This document shows positions 1-12,700 of a DNA stretch of 64,000 bases, piece by piece (the stretch's first letter is position 1; every line of letters starts with the position of its first letter). The stretch spans positions 6,907,849 through 6,971,848 of the forward strand of contig CM082597.2 of NCBI GenBank assembly GCA_040954595.2. Reading direction: 5' to 3'. The notes below the pieces were generated by a model. It worked only from the letters and a program-made list of their open reading frames with translations, ran no database searches and was not told the origin of the DNA. The translations under genes and the position numbers were made by a program. The DNA is from Balanoglossus misakiensis. Taxonomy: Eukaryota; Animalia; Hemichordata.

Positions 1-227
1 AATGGATAGACAACTACTATTCCAGAAATTGTTTATTTGTTTGTCGCATTCTTAAATCATGTTTTTAAACAAAGCAACCACATTTGCTAAATTGTCACCA
101 CACTAAATGAGGCAGTATTATTTTGCACACTGAGAGACCTTTATGCACGCATTGGATTTATTCTTTATATCACAAACACGTCAAAAAGAGCGACTTTGTC
201 ACTTCAATTGCCGCATTTGTCTTGAAC

Positions 228-720
228 TGATAACCATGGCTTGTAAGTGGAACCCCACGCAGTTAAGCCTTTTATGGCTTCGCGTTAGTTTACACTGCTT
301 TTTAACTTAGTCGTAATTTCTTTGTGGATGGTCGTATTATGGGCATCACATGGCCACATATCTTAAGTACATGTCTCAAGTACAGAATATCCAACAAAGT
401 TAATTAACAGCAACGCATTTAACCAATTTTGCATTCAAGAGTCGCGTCACCATGAGTCATTATTTTCTGTATAGCGAACCCTATAGAATTAAGTTTTAAC
501 CTCGAAGTCAAGCATGTCCAGAAATCTCAATTATCGTCTGTCTAATGTCCCTGTAAATAAATTGTAATATTGGCATTGTTCTTTTACTGATAACCATGGA
601 TTGTAAGAGGAACCCCACGCAGTTAAGCCTTTTATGGCTTCGCGTTAGTTTACACCAATTTTTAACTTGGTCGTAATTTTTTTTTGTGGATGGTCGTATT
701 ATGGGCATCACATGACCACA
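228..720 (+). repeat. ~130-bp imperfect direct repeat pair (228..358, 587..720), also present in copy B (~14907..15404)
   Basis: ctgataaccatgg..gaaccccacgcagttaagccttttatggcttcgcgttagtttacac..gggcatcacatg occurs twice per duplicated unit. Confidence 0.9.
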
Positions 721-1088
721 TGCCTCAGGTACACGATGGCAAATATCCAACTACGAACTCAACGATTTTCGGTCGAGTGTTAGTAAGTGGTCGCATCACG
801 TATGTTAGATATAAAGAATATGTCAAATAAATGATGTTTATCTCTTTGACGTATTGTAAAACCGTACTGCAGATAAGAGTGTCTAGATAAGTGTCGTGAT
901 AAAGCCAAATAATAAATCTTAATTTACCGTTTGGATTTTTACCAGTGCTTTTCATATACCACCACATGTGAATGCTGATATTATGGCTAGAGATTTAATG
1001 AAAAATGTTAATGAAAAAAAATGTCTGAAACGTCATGCTATGTTGGAGTGAACACTGTTTTCTCTCCGTTGTCAGGAATTTAATTACC

Positions 1089-2821
1089 ATGTGTGCCTCA
1101 CGAGTGTCTCTAGAAACGTCTACAGCGAAGCCTGCATCACCAGGTTAGTACATCTAAACACTAACAAAACTGACGAGTCACCTATTATTACAACGACGAA
1201 TTTCAACCAAAGAAAGACCTACATAGCATTGTATTTTCCTTATCTACAACCATATCCGCACTGACAAACAGATGCTACAGTACATTACATGGGATATGAG
1301 GGCTTATCACAAGCTATATGAATACTAATATGGACTAAATAATTCTCTTCCAAAAAAGAAAAAAAAAGTTTGGAGACAATGTCTCCATATGCGTTTAACA
1401 ATTTTTTCAACAATGTTTAAAATGTTATGATCAATTTTCCCTCTCTATCCCCACAAGAATATTTATGTTTGAAACAATATACATATTACGTTGAACATTT
1501 AAATAGTTTACTTTTAGTTAATGTTCATAATGCTGCCATTTACATTTCTACAGAAGTTGATCGCACGTTCTTGCTGATTGGTAGGAGATGGCAACAGGAA
1601 AAGTTCGAAGATTCCACATCGTTTGTCAACAAACAGTTCGCAATTCAACTGCGAAACTCTGGATATCAAGTAATGTCAACTGTACTTGAAGCAAACGATG
1701 AGGAACTCAAAGATGCCGCAGATAACAAAGTGTCTTTGATAACGCCAACACCAAAACGCCACTCGTACAAAATTAAAAAGGAAGATTACCTGACGTATCC
1801 AGACAGATACTACAGAGTATTGAAAAAATATAAAAACGCAGTGTCATATATAGTAGGGCATGTTAATGCAACTGGTTATGACACAGTAGAGGAGGCCTGT
1901 ATTATCCGAGATAGGTACTTCAAAAGAGCGACTCTTGTTGTATTTATTCATTTCATATCAGAAATTACAGGCCAGGGAAGGGAAAACATTATAGGGGAGA
2001 AAGACATACACCAGTTTGCGAAAGAGGCGGCCTTAGTCGTCGCTGTTGGTCCCTCTTTGAAGAAGTACTATTCGAATTTGTTGAAACCTAACAAAATAGT
2101 GTGCTACTTGCCTGTCCCTGATAGACGGTACCTTGATTTACAGGTAACAGCCCCACCAAATGGCGGTACCATTGAGATCCTGACAATGGAAAATCTCTCT
2201 GATAAAAAGCAGTGTGATTCTTCTGACCGTACAGCTCGAGCAATCCAGGAAGTGATTCGACGCCATAATAAAATGGATCGTACAGAGCCAATGTGGTTCG
2301 TATGTGATACCGGTGAAAACGATACACCTACGTGTGACACCCAAGAAAGGTGTGTCCCCAAACCCAAAATCCATTCTCTTCGCAACTATTCAGATTGTCT
2401 TCCATTTATTTTTGAACGAAGTGCTCTTCTCATCGATGTCAGCGAAAAAGTGTTTTCCGTGACGGGTCTCAATGCTATTGCTGCTGGTCTACCTGTACTT
2501 TTTAAGTTCAAATCAAGTATTGCCGATTTTGTGAAGACAGAAACCTTTCTGGAAGAACATGGAGGCATTGTGGTAATGGCAACTGTAGAAGATGATGTGA
2601 ATGCTGTAAATACGTTGGCAGACAGAATTAACGAGTTTGTCTTGGAAGATAAAGTTGCGACCAGTTTCCAACGTGCAAAATATTTAAAGGAAGGTCTCAT
2701 AAAATCCATTGATGAGGGCAAAATTAAGAAGTCTTACGAAGATATACTCAAATGTTTAAACCGTAAAGCCCGATGTGACAATGGTTTTGTGAACCATTAT
2801 CACGAGCATAAAGATATCTAA
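1089..2821 (+). CDS. GT-B fold / GT4-conflict-like glycosyltransferase-domain protein, copy A; join(1089..1143,1554..2762/2783 spliced onward, or ..2821 if read to the stop)
   Basis: Small exon 1076..1143 (tgtcag|gaa ... ccag|gttagt) has accATG at 1089 (MCASRVSLETSTAKPASP) and exits in phase 1, matching the acceptor tttctacag|aa at 1554. Motifs FLLIGRRW..STSFVNKQFAIQL, IVGH, LVVFIH, VVAVGPSLKKYY and FSVTGLNAIAAGLPVL resemble GT4 domains of invertebrate NLR-associated proteins. The first ~42 aa of the track ORF are intronic. Confidence 0.78.
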
Positions 2822-4390
2822 ACGTACACTTATTTACGTGAACATTACTACAACAAATATTGAAAATATGTTGTAACAGCTTGTATTTGGACAAATATGT
2901 ACAATTAATAACAGTTTTGTCGTCAGCACACTAAACGTATGAAATGAGAATATATTTCTCCACACTTCATTTCAAGTCAAAGTCACCAGAAGTAACCTTT
3001 TCTTAAAAAAAGACACTCACAGTCTGCCTGTAGTTTGATCGCTGTGCCACCCACTAGCTAAATAGAACAATAACCAAGATACTGGCAATGTCCATTTCAA
3101 TTTAGGACTTTACAAGATGACCTCTTTATCGTAGATTTGTTTGAAATTTTTACTAACATTGTCAGCCTGAGATTAATTATATTATGCCCATTTTACTCAC
3201 GTGTGTTGTAATTTTTGGGAATTCATGCTTCACATATTGTACTGTTTTGCCTATGACAATAAAAGAAAAACGGATAATAATACTTTGAACACAGTCACAA
3301 GGTGTTTTCTTCATATAAGTGTGTGATGGTTTGTGTGAACATATATATTTGATCAAATACCAAAGACTCAATACAGGTAATAGTCTCTTACTGTCCGCTT
3401 TCTAGAACAATGTGTCTACCATTGCAGCATATAAGTAAACAAAGATTGTGCGAACGTTAAGTATTTCTGTGACAGTGGCTTTCCCAAAACGCCTAGAATT
3501 TATCTATGTAGTACGTTGCTCGTTGAAATCACGTTGGAGTATGCCGATAGCAAAGTTCCGAACATAACAACAAAATTTGAGTAATTATATAACAGAAAAA
3601 ATAGAAAATATCAAAAAATAAAGCCGGTAACCGTTTAAATTGTTCGTAATACAAAGTTTAAAAGCCTGCATTTCACAGTCTGTCAGTATTTTCCAACAAG
3701 GTTGAATTTTCTCATTGAGTTAAGCGGCAGATTTCTCCAGCTGACCCTTTACAACCGTGACGTCATTTGTTTCCATTACTCAGGATGTAGTCATTGCATG
3801 ATTCATAGCCAACACGTACAAACATAATATAGTACAGCAAATAAGGAAACATGTCCAACGTATTTTGGTCTCTACAAATTTGAACAGTGTCGTGCCAGGT
3901 TAGTTGACCACTAAAGATCGTAAGGTAATTCGAACGAGAGGTGGGGTAGGGGTGGGGGTGGGGTGGGTTTTGTGTGCATTTGATTTGAATGTGTGCTTGA
4001 TATATGCTATTGGGAAGTTCTTACAAAAATCAATCTATCCATAGTTTTCTTTGTTTGAAAACAACGAATTAACAAGTTGAAATTTAGAGAAAGTGTTGAT
4101 CTCATTTAATTTTAAAGGGACAAAGTCTCTCTCTCGCTGCACTTTTTCCATTAATTATGTTTGATGCAAGGCAATGTTAATGTTAACACATGTATGAACG
4201 TTCAATCACACACAACTTCCTTCCCACTTGTATACAACCAAAGTTTAACATGTGTGTAGCTGTCACGCAGCATGTATGTAACAGCCATGCAGAACAGCAA
4301 TGTGAGTAGAAAGTAGCCGCAGTAATGTAGCATGGCAGTTGCAACTGACACGTAGCATGTCTGTAGCAGCTATGCTACACTATTAGTCCA

Positions 4391-7300
4391 GGAGATAGGT
4401 GCCGTTAATCAGAATTTTGGGTAAGGAAGGTTTGAGAATTCCATTTTATGTAAAAATGGTGCTGATTCCAAAAAAGTCAGTCTTATTGACCCCACTCAAG
4501 ACAAAATTGCCATTTTGGCCATTGTTAACCCAAAAAAGGTCATTTTTAGAAAACACACTGTTTTCGTCACACTCTGAGATTTGATGACATATGATATGTT
4601 TATTCTATGTAAAATTTGGTGAATAATACGAAAAAAGCAGTCAGATTGACCCAAAACAACACAAAATTGTCTTTTTGACCATTTTTTGCCCAAAAAACGT
4701 CATTTTTAGAAAAAAATTAAAACACATGGTTTTCTTCATAATGATTTATCTGGTGATATATGGAAAGTCAATTCTATGTCAAAAGTGGTGACTTAAAAAG
4801 TAAAGCAGTTTTTTTGACCTCAATCAATACAAAAATGCCATTTTTGGCCACTTTTTGAGGTCAAAAAGGGTCATTTTTACAAAAAAAACTAAAAAAAATT
4901 GTTTTCTTCATATTCAGAGATCATTTGATATGAAATGTTCATTCTAGGTAAAAAATTGTGCTGATTCCAGACATAGCAGTCTTATTGACCCTACTCAAGA
5001 AAAAAATGCCATTTTTGCCACTTTTTGCCCAAAAACGTCATTTTTAGAAAAACACTCAAAACTTGTATATTTTCTTCACTTTCGGAGAACTGATAATGTA
5101 TTACATGCTCACCCTATGTGAAATTTGGTGATTATTCCCCCCCCCCCCCAAAAAAAAAATTTATTGAACAAACCTAATGCAAAAATGCCTTTTTGGAAAT
5201 TTTTTGTCCAAAAAGGCCATTTTTAGAAAAAAATTAAAAACAAACTTTTCTTCATAAAGTTCAGAGATCATGTCATATATGAAATGTTCATTCTATGTAA
5301 AAAATGGTGCTGATTCCAGAAATAGCAGTCTTATTGACCCTACTCAATAATAAAAATGCCATTTTGCCACTTTTTGCCCAAAAACGTCATTTTTAGAAAA
5401 CACTCAAAATTTATATATTTTCTTCACTTTCGGAGATATGATAATGAACACCTATTGCCTGGCCATGAGGGCCATAGCGGCCGTTTATTACACCCGAGGG
5501 GCTGTGAGTTACCAGAATCATATGCTATTTCCCGAGGCCGCAGGCCAAGGGAAATAGCATATGATTCTGGTAACTCACAGTCACGAGGGGGTAAAAACGG
5601 CTGCTATTGCCCGAATATAGGCCAGGCTATAGGTGTTTTATAATAAACCTCATGCTAACAGCTGGGAAAATCTTGCAATTCTCAAGTTGAGGCTGGCAGA
5701 CGACATCTTCAGCGGTGGCCATTGTGTCAGACGACGCGACGCTGATTGACGTGACCGAGTCTGCGCACTCACGCTGGTCACGTGACCGGTTTATATTTTT
5801 TCTGCTATTTCCCTGTAGGGTTCATAGTCGATTCTATTTTCCTATCACGTGACGGATTCTGGCGAATCACGGCACAGTATTAGCATGAGGTATATTATAA
5901 TGTATTATATGCCCACCATATGTAAAATTTGGTGAATATTCCAAAAAAGCAGATTTATTGACACAACATAATGCAAAAATTCCTTTTTTGGAAGTTTTTG
6001 CCCAAAAAGGCCATTTTTAGAAAAAAATAAAAAGTTCAGTTTTGGGCTAAATGTGCCAAATTTTGGGAACTCTGTCTTTCAACATCATCAATTCAAATTA
6101 TATTATATGGTTATGACGTTTTAAATATACATATACAACATCAGAACTCAAAAGGCAAAAACATAAATTTTCTGAAAATGACTATTGTTGACCAAAAGAT
6201 GGCTAATTGGCAATTTTGTACTGAGTGGGGTGTCTCAATAAGACCGTTGTGCTGGTATCAGCATATTTTTTGAAAAAAACAGGAAGTTCCATAATCACAA
6301 GAGCTCTGAATATGAAGAAATAAGTTTGTTTTCATTTTTTCTCACAGTTACCTTTTTGAGCAAAGAGGCCAAAATGGTACTTTTTCCCTCTGTGGGGTCA
6401 GTAAGAGTGGGGGTTTTAAATGTCACTACTTTCAAGATAGAATAGACTTTTATTTATCATTAGATCACCAATGGGAAGAAAATGGCATATTTTTAGTATT
6501 TTCTAGAAATGACACTTTTTGGGCAAAAACTTGTCAAAAAGGCGCTTTTATCTTGAGTGGCATCAATAAAACTGCTTTTTTGGAAATTTGTCACATAGAG
6601 TGGGCATATAATAGATTATCAGATCTCCGAAAGTGAAGAAAATATGTAAGCTTTGGGTGTTTTCTAGAAATGACGTTTTGGGCAAAAAGAGTCAAAATGG
6701 CAATTTTGTCTTGAGTAAGGTCAATAAGACTGCTATTTCTGGAATCAGCACCATTTTTTACATAAAATGAACATTTCATATATCACATGATCTTTGAACT
6801 TTATGAAGAAAAGTTTGTTTTTAATTTTTTTCTAAAAATGGCCTTTTTGGGCAAAACATTTCCAAAAAGGCATTTTTGCATTAGGTTGGTTCAATAAATC
6901 TTTTTGTTTGGAATAATCACCAAATTTTACATAGGGTGGACATATAATACATTATCAGATCTCCGAAAGTGAAGAAAATATATAAGTTTTGAGTGTTTTT
7001 TGGGCAAAAAGTGGCAAAAATGGCATTTTTTCTTGAGTAGGGTCAATAAGACTGCTATCAAATGATCTCTGAATATGAAGAAAACAATTTGTTTTTAGTT
7101 TTTTTGTAAAAATGACCCTTTTTGACCTCAAAAAGTGACCAAAAATGTCATTTTTGTATTGATTGAGGTAAAAAAACTGCTTTACTTTTTAAAGTCACCA
7201 CTTTTAACATAGAATTGACTTTCCATATATCACCAGATAAATCATTATGAAGAAAACCATGTGTTTTATTTTTTTCTAAAAATGACGTTTTTGGGGCAAA

Positions 7301-7589
7301 AAATTGTCAAAAAGGCAATTTTGTGTTGTTTTGGGTCAATCTGACTGCTTTTTTCGTATTATTCACTAAATTTTACATAGAATAAACATATCTCAGAGTG
7401 TAACGAAAACAGTGTGTTTTTAGTGTTTTCTAAAAATGACCTTTTGTGGGTTAAAAATGGCCAAAATGGCAATTTTGTCTTGAGTGGGGTCAATAAGACT
7501 GACTTTTTTGGAATCAGCACCATTTTTTACATAGAATGGACTTCTCAAACCTTCCTTACCAAATATTCTGATTAACGGCACCTATCTCC
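4391..7589. mobile_element. Non-coding foldback element with ~1-kb+ modular terminal inverted repeats
   Basis: Left end ggagataggtgccgttaatcagaat..ggtaaggaaggtttgag is the reverse complement of the right end ctcaaaccttccttacc..attctgattaacggcacctatctcc. The arms are built from internal subrepeats (aaatgttcattcta.gtaaaaa..gctgattcc..cagtcttattgaccc). No transposase ORF. Flanks are CA / TA. Confidence 0.88.
5447..5896. mobile_element. Double-hairpin non-autonomous element nested in the foldback arm; 6-bp direct repeat ATAATG
   Basis: ATAATG at 5441..5446 and 5897..5902; the opposite foldback arm shows the empty site. Hairpin 1 spans ~5447..5638; a second inverted pair is cctcatgctaa / ttagcatgagg. 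A truncated second copy lies at ~60216..60330. Confidence 0.8.
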
Positions 7590-7949
7590 TAGGGTAAAAC
7601 ATCTGCACGTGTTTACTTTTCATACACGATACAGTACTTCAAACTATTTTTCCCAGTTTACTTTTGAATACGGACGTTTTCGAACTCGTACTGGCCAAGC
7701 TTCCTTTTTTAAATTTCGTTGTCTCAAGCATTCACTGCTGTCGGACGGGTAGCGTAGGTCCCCCTGCGGCGATTCAATTGGCTCTGATCGCGAGTTGAAT
7801 CTCTGTTGGGTCAGCTGGACGCTGTTGATTATTTACTTCGACGGCCTCAGTTTGCATCATGATTTGCAGACTGTTGTTGTTATATGATTATAATTTCTTA
7901 TTATTAGAACGGAACTCTTGATATTATGATGACTTGCATGCGATAAATT

Positions 7950-8370
7950 TACTACCAATTATTGGCGCAAAAGTGTGAGTAGAATTGCAACATTGGTAAA
8001 TTGGATATTAAGAACGTATTCTTCTTTTAAACACGAATGTGTTACTGCACCTTATGTGTTATTGAACTGCCAGTATAAATATCGCTCAGTGACTGCGAGA
8101 TTGCGTAATGGAACATTACCTCTTAATTTGGATGTCGAAGAGAGAAAATGTTTATTTTGTAACGAGAACACTGTGGAAGACGAGCTTCACTTCATCTTTA
8201 ATTGTAGTCTTTAAGATGACATTAGAAAACAATTTCCAGACACTCCAAAAGACGTGCCGCCTCGCGAGAGATTGCTGACTTTGTTTTCTGATAATCATGT
8301 TAAGGTATTCTCTAAATTGCTTTATGATATGTTTATAAGGAGAAGAAATATTATTTCCATTGATTGAATT
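7950..8370 (+). pseudogene. Degraded 3' end of a non-LTR retrotransposon ORF2 (CR1/L2-group-like)
   Basis: RLRNGTLPL..ERKCLFCNENTVEDELHFIFNCSL is the CxxC..ED.xH...C C-terminal motif of LINE ORF2; in-frame stop present. Confidence 0.65.
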
Positions 8371-9767
8371 TTTTTTTTTGTAAACTTCTTTGTTGACACC
8401 CGCATCGTGGTGCCCAGTTGGGTATGCTATAGTGACTCATAAGCCGAAGTACTCGGCTTGAGTTTCAAGCAAGTTTGAATTGTGTAACTTTCTTTTACTT
8501 TGTAACATGAAACTGTGTCACTTTAATAAATTATTATCTATTTATGAATGTAAAAATAAAAAAAATGTATGTATGTATGTATGAACTCCCCCACTAACTT
8601 TAAGTAAACTTGGAACATGACGGGATGGAACTCCTCATTAATTATGCACATATATAATTGTAGGCTAACCGATAGGGCTAGAAGGCTGCTGTTTGTTGGA
8701 CATGAACTCCTTTGTCACAAAATTGCTCCGGCATAACATTTTGGGTGCCCTTTGGATGACCTTTAATGAGAACACTGCGCAACACAACGCAAATCGAAAT
8801 TACTGGTATGGGTTCGGCAGTTTCAAACTTCGTGCACACCTACATAAATCCTGTATTGTTTAACGAAGATATTGCGTGGGTGAGAGCTACGGTACCATAC
8901 CTGTGTTGCCAGGTACAATTTGAAATTTGACCCCTTCTTATCAGGCTACATTGTTCATGTATCTCGATGCATGATTGAGTGCGTACCAAAAACTTATGTT
9001 GACAAGAAGGTGGTGTGGGTTACGCGCAAAGCACCATGGGGGTTCCAACATGAGCCTGAGCACAGACAAAGAGTGGCCTGAGTAACCCGAAAATAGGTAT
9101 GAATCACTTCAAAAATCAGTAACTTGTTAGGAGTGGCATTGAGGTAAACACGCACACCAAACAATTAAAAACTGGCATACCTATCTGAAGGCCATGACCA
9201 CATTACTGTGAACTGGATAATTCCTCATGCCTCCTTAGTAAGCCTGAATTTTCTTTCGCGGAATTTCGGAAGATTGGTGGTGTCTAAAAGAGTTTAGCTT
9301 TTATATTACAATTTATGATACAGGATGCACCTTAGTAAGCTAAAATGCCCTCGGTGCGCGCGTAACAGAAAAACAGAGGCAGATGTAGAAAATCTGAGAT
9401 ATTTTGAAGGTTGCTACCACGTCTTGTAAAAGCTCGAAATTAGCCACAAACCTCTCAGCGCTTTTTGCCAAATTGAGTAAAACTGGATTTTTCGAGTGTC
9501 CGCGAAAATGCATGTCACTTGACCACTGTTCACATCATGTGTTCTAGGCATGATCAGGCTCCCCTAGTATGCCTGGTTCAAATCTTTAATGTAAAAATTC
9601 GGGGCTTGGGACTTAGTTTTTTTTTTTTTTTTTATTTTTTTTTTTATTTTTTTTTTTATTAATTTTTATAGGAATCAAATGACACAACAAAAACAACACA
9701 AAAACACAAAACAACAAGCGAGGTCAATAAAGATTAACGCTTACAAAGATAGAAAAAGTAAGATTTG

Positions 9768-12700
9768 TTACAACTCACAATGCAAAAGTACTGCCCATTT
9801 TGTTTCATACTGATTTACAGTTTTTCTATATTTTGCAAGTTTACCTTCAACACAGCGGACTTCTCTAACTTTATCCATAAATAAACGAAAGTTCAAAGGG
9901 TGGGAATTAAATCTGGCTGTATAGATAAAGTATTTTCCCAATAATAAAAGGTGATTAAAAAGAATAGAATCTTTTGAATTGTACAAATCTGAGCCAAGAA
10001 CTACTGTTTGGCAATTCAACTGGAGTGTATGCTTCGAATTGTGTGACCAAAATAACTCAAATTTTTTCCAAAAATTGTTAGCTTTTGTACATTCCCAGAA
10101 TAAGTGCTCCATTGTTTCGGTATTCTTGCAATGATCGCATAGATCATTAGGGCGTAGTTTTCTAATATGTAGAAACTTATTAGTCGCAATTATCCTGTGC
10201 AAAATTTTGTACTGGAAATTACGCATTTTCTCTTCTATTGTTGTGTTTTTAATCCTGCTCCAAATAATTTTCCAATCAGGGGAAATATTATACAACCTTT
10301 CAATGTAGGCTTGACTTCTGGGAGGTACAAATTTGCTTCTAACTAATTTTTCATAAATCGTTTTGACTGACCCATCACCCAGCGGGCAGTCTTGGTCATT
10401 TACAGATGCATGTCTGGTTCCATAAATTTTTTTGAAGGTTTCTGGAATAGCGTGGATGAGGCTATGATATTTGAGAAACTGACTCTTGTCAATGTCATAT
10501 TTTGTTGAAAACTTGTCCCAGGAGAGGTATTTACCTTTTTCACATAGATCAGAAATATACATAACACCCTTGTCATACCAATCTTTAAAAAATACAGAAT
10601 AATTATCAATTAAAATGTTCTTATTATTCCAGATGGTTTCGTTATGACTACTATCATCTGTTACATCTCTCAAATCTTTATAATATTTCAACATATCTCT
10701 GTAGTATTGAGGCATAGTAACAGGCAAAAAATTAATGTCAAAGTTACACTGTGATAAAAGATCTAATCCCCCAATTTTCCCAAAGTAGTACATTGGAATC
10801 TTCGTCCATTGATGATTACAGTTTTTAAACGTGCAAGCAGTGACAATTTAAGAGCTTTGTCAAGCAGTTCACAATCGACCATTCCCAGGCCGCCCTTATC
10901 AAGATTACCAATCAAAGTATTACGTTTTATCTTATGGGGCTTTCCATTCCAAATAAAGTCAAAAAGATATTTATTTGCATACGTTAAAACAATCTTTGGA
11001 ACGGAAACGGCGCTCATCATATAAGTTAACTTTGAGGCTCCGTGATATCTTGCCAACAGAATTTTCCCTCTCAAAGTGAGGTTTCGAGACTTCCAAACAT
11101 TTAAATTGTTCTTCATTTTTCGAAGCTTCTGATTGAAGTTTAAATCCTCTATGTCGTTTTTATTGTAACCTAAGTAAACCCCTAGGAGTTTGATGGGAGC
11201 GTTTGTTGGCCTGATACCACAGTCATCAAAGGACTCTGACGTATATTTTCCAAGAAGCATCATTTCTGTTTTATCACAATTCATACTCAAACCTGAACAA
11301 TATTTAAATTTTTCAATTAAATGAATGACATTTTTAAGTGATTGTCTGTTATGTAATAAAAAAGTAGTGTCATCTGCAAACAGTGAGATGCGTTCTTCAC
11401 TCCCGTCAGGGAGAAGTAAACCAGAAATATTTTTATCTTTACGTACTGCAGTAGCTAACAACTCAATTGCAATAACAAAAAGTGCGGTTGACAAGGGGCA
11501 TCCTTGTCTTACTCCTCTTGAGACCTTAAACCAGCCTGTGGAGTAACCATTATTTAATACACAGCTTGTTATATTGTTATAGAAAAGTTTAACCCATTTT
11601 TTCAAATTAGGACCAAAATTGTAAAGATCGAGAGCTTTGTCAATCAGCGCCCATTCCAAAGAATCAAAAGCTTTCTCATAATCTAGGAAAAGGAGAATTC
11701 CTTTCCTATTCTTGATATTAAAATAATGGATGATATCAGAAATAAGACGGATGTTATCTGTAATTTTACGACCTTTGATGAAAGCAGTTTGATTTTCATG
11801 AATTATTGTTGGTAAAACCTTTTCCAAACGCTTTGCTATACATTTAGCTGCTGTCTTATAGTCAGAATTCAAAAGCGAGACTGGTCTCCAGTTTTTTATA
11901 TAATTCTGATCTTTTCCGGGTTTCGGTAAAAGGGTGATAACAGCCTGTTTCTGTGTGGATGTCATTTCTCCTATACGGAATGCTTCATTTAGGACCCCAA
12001 CCAAAATATCCCCAATATCTTCCCAAAAAGCAATATAAAATTCGGCTGGTAGTCCATCACTCCCAGGAGTTTTATTCTTGGGTGCTGACTTCAGTACTTC
12101 AAGAACTTCAGAATTTGTGAAAAGGCCTTCAAGAGAGTTGCTTTTTTCATCAGACAATTTTTTGACATCTGAATCGTTAAAGAACAAATCAACCGTTTCC
12201 GCATCAAAAGCGGAGGTATACAGATGTTCATAGTAGCTCTTGATTTCTTTGAGTATCTCTTTGTCATCCGTTATGGGCACGTCATTATCAGACTTTAAAG
12301 CTGAAATTAACTTTTTGTCATGGTTCCGCTTCTCTAAATTTAAAAAATACTTGGAGCTTTTCTCACCTTCGGAATACCACTTGATTCTTGATCTTACCAT
12401 AACCCCTTTCACTTCATTTTCCCACAACTGTTCTAATTTTAATTTAACTTTTTCATATTCAAGGACAACGTCGTCATTCAAATCATTGTCTAGACTTTTT
12501 TCTAATTCACAAAGTGACTTCCATAAGTTCTCTTCAAGTATTTTGTTCTCTCTCTTTTTATGCTTTGAATAATTTATAGACCTATCTTTTATTTTGTATT
12601 TTAAATATTCCCAAGTATTTTGTACCGACCCTGCGTCAGACCGATTAACATTTTCATGTATTAGATCTTTAATCATTTCCCTGTACTTTTCATCCTGTAG

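Larger units (their letters stand above)
1..4281 (+). repeat. Segmental duplication, copy A (probably extends upstream of the window)
   Basis: Colinear and ~98-99% identical by eye to 14682..18972; position 1 matches 14682. The match ends after ...catgtatgtaa at 4281. Confidence 0.97.

Noticed and set aside
1170-1205. CTGACGA-GTC..GAC-GAA resembling a hammerhead ribozyme core
   Set aside because: GAAT rather than GAAA, no stems I/III found, and copy B has GTAT.
1427-1553. N-terminal 42 aa of the 464-aa track ORFs (also 16114..16240)
   Set aside because: AT-rich intron ending in a strong acceptor; a phase-matched upstream exon supplies the start codon.
4391-7589. Repeated units as a CRISPR-like array
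   Set aside because: Long degenerate subrepeats in inverted arms, no constant repeat with unique spacers, eukaryotic context.
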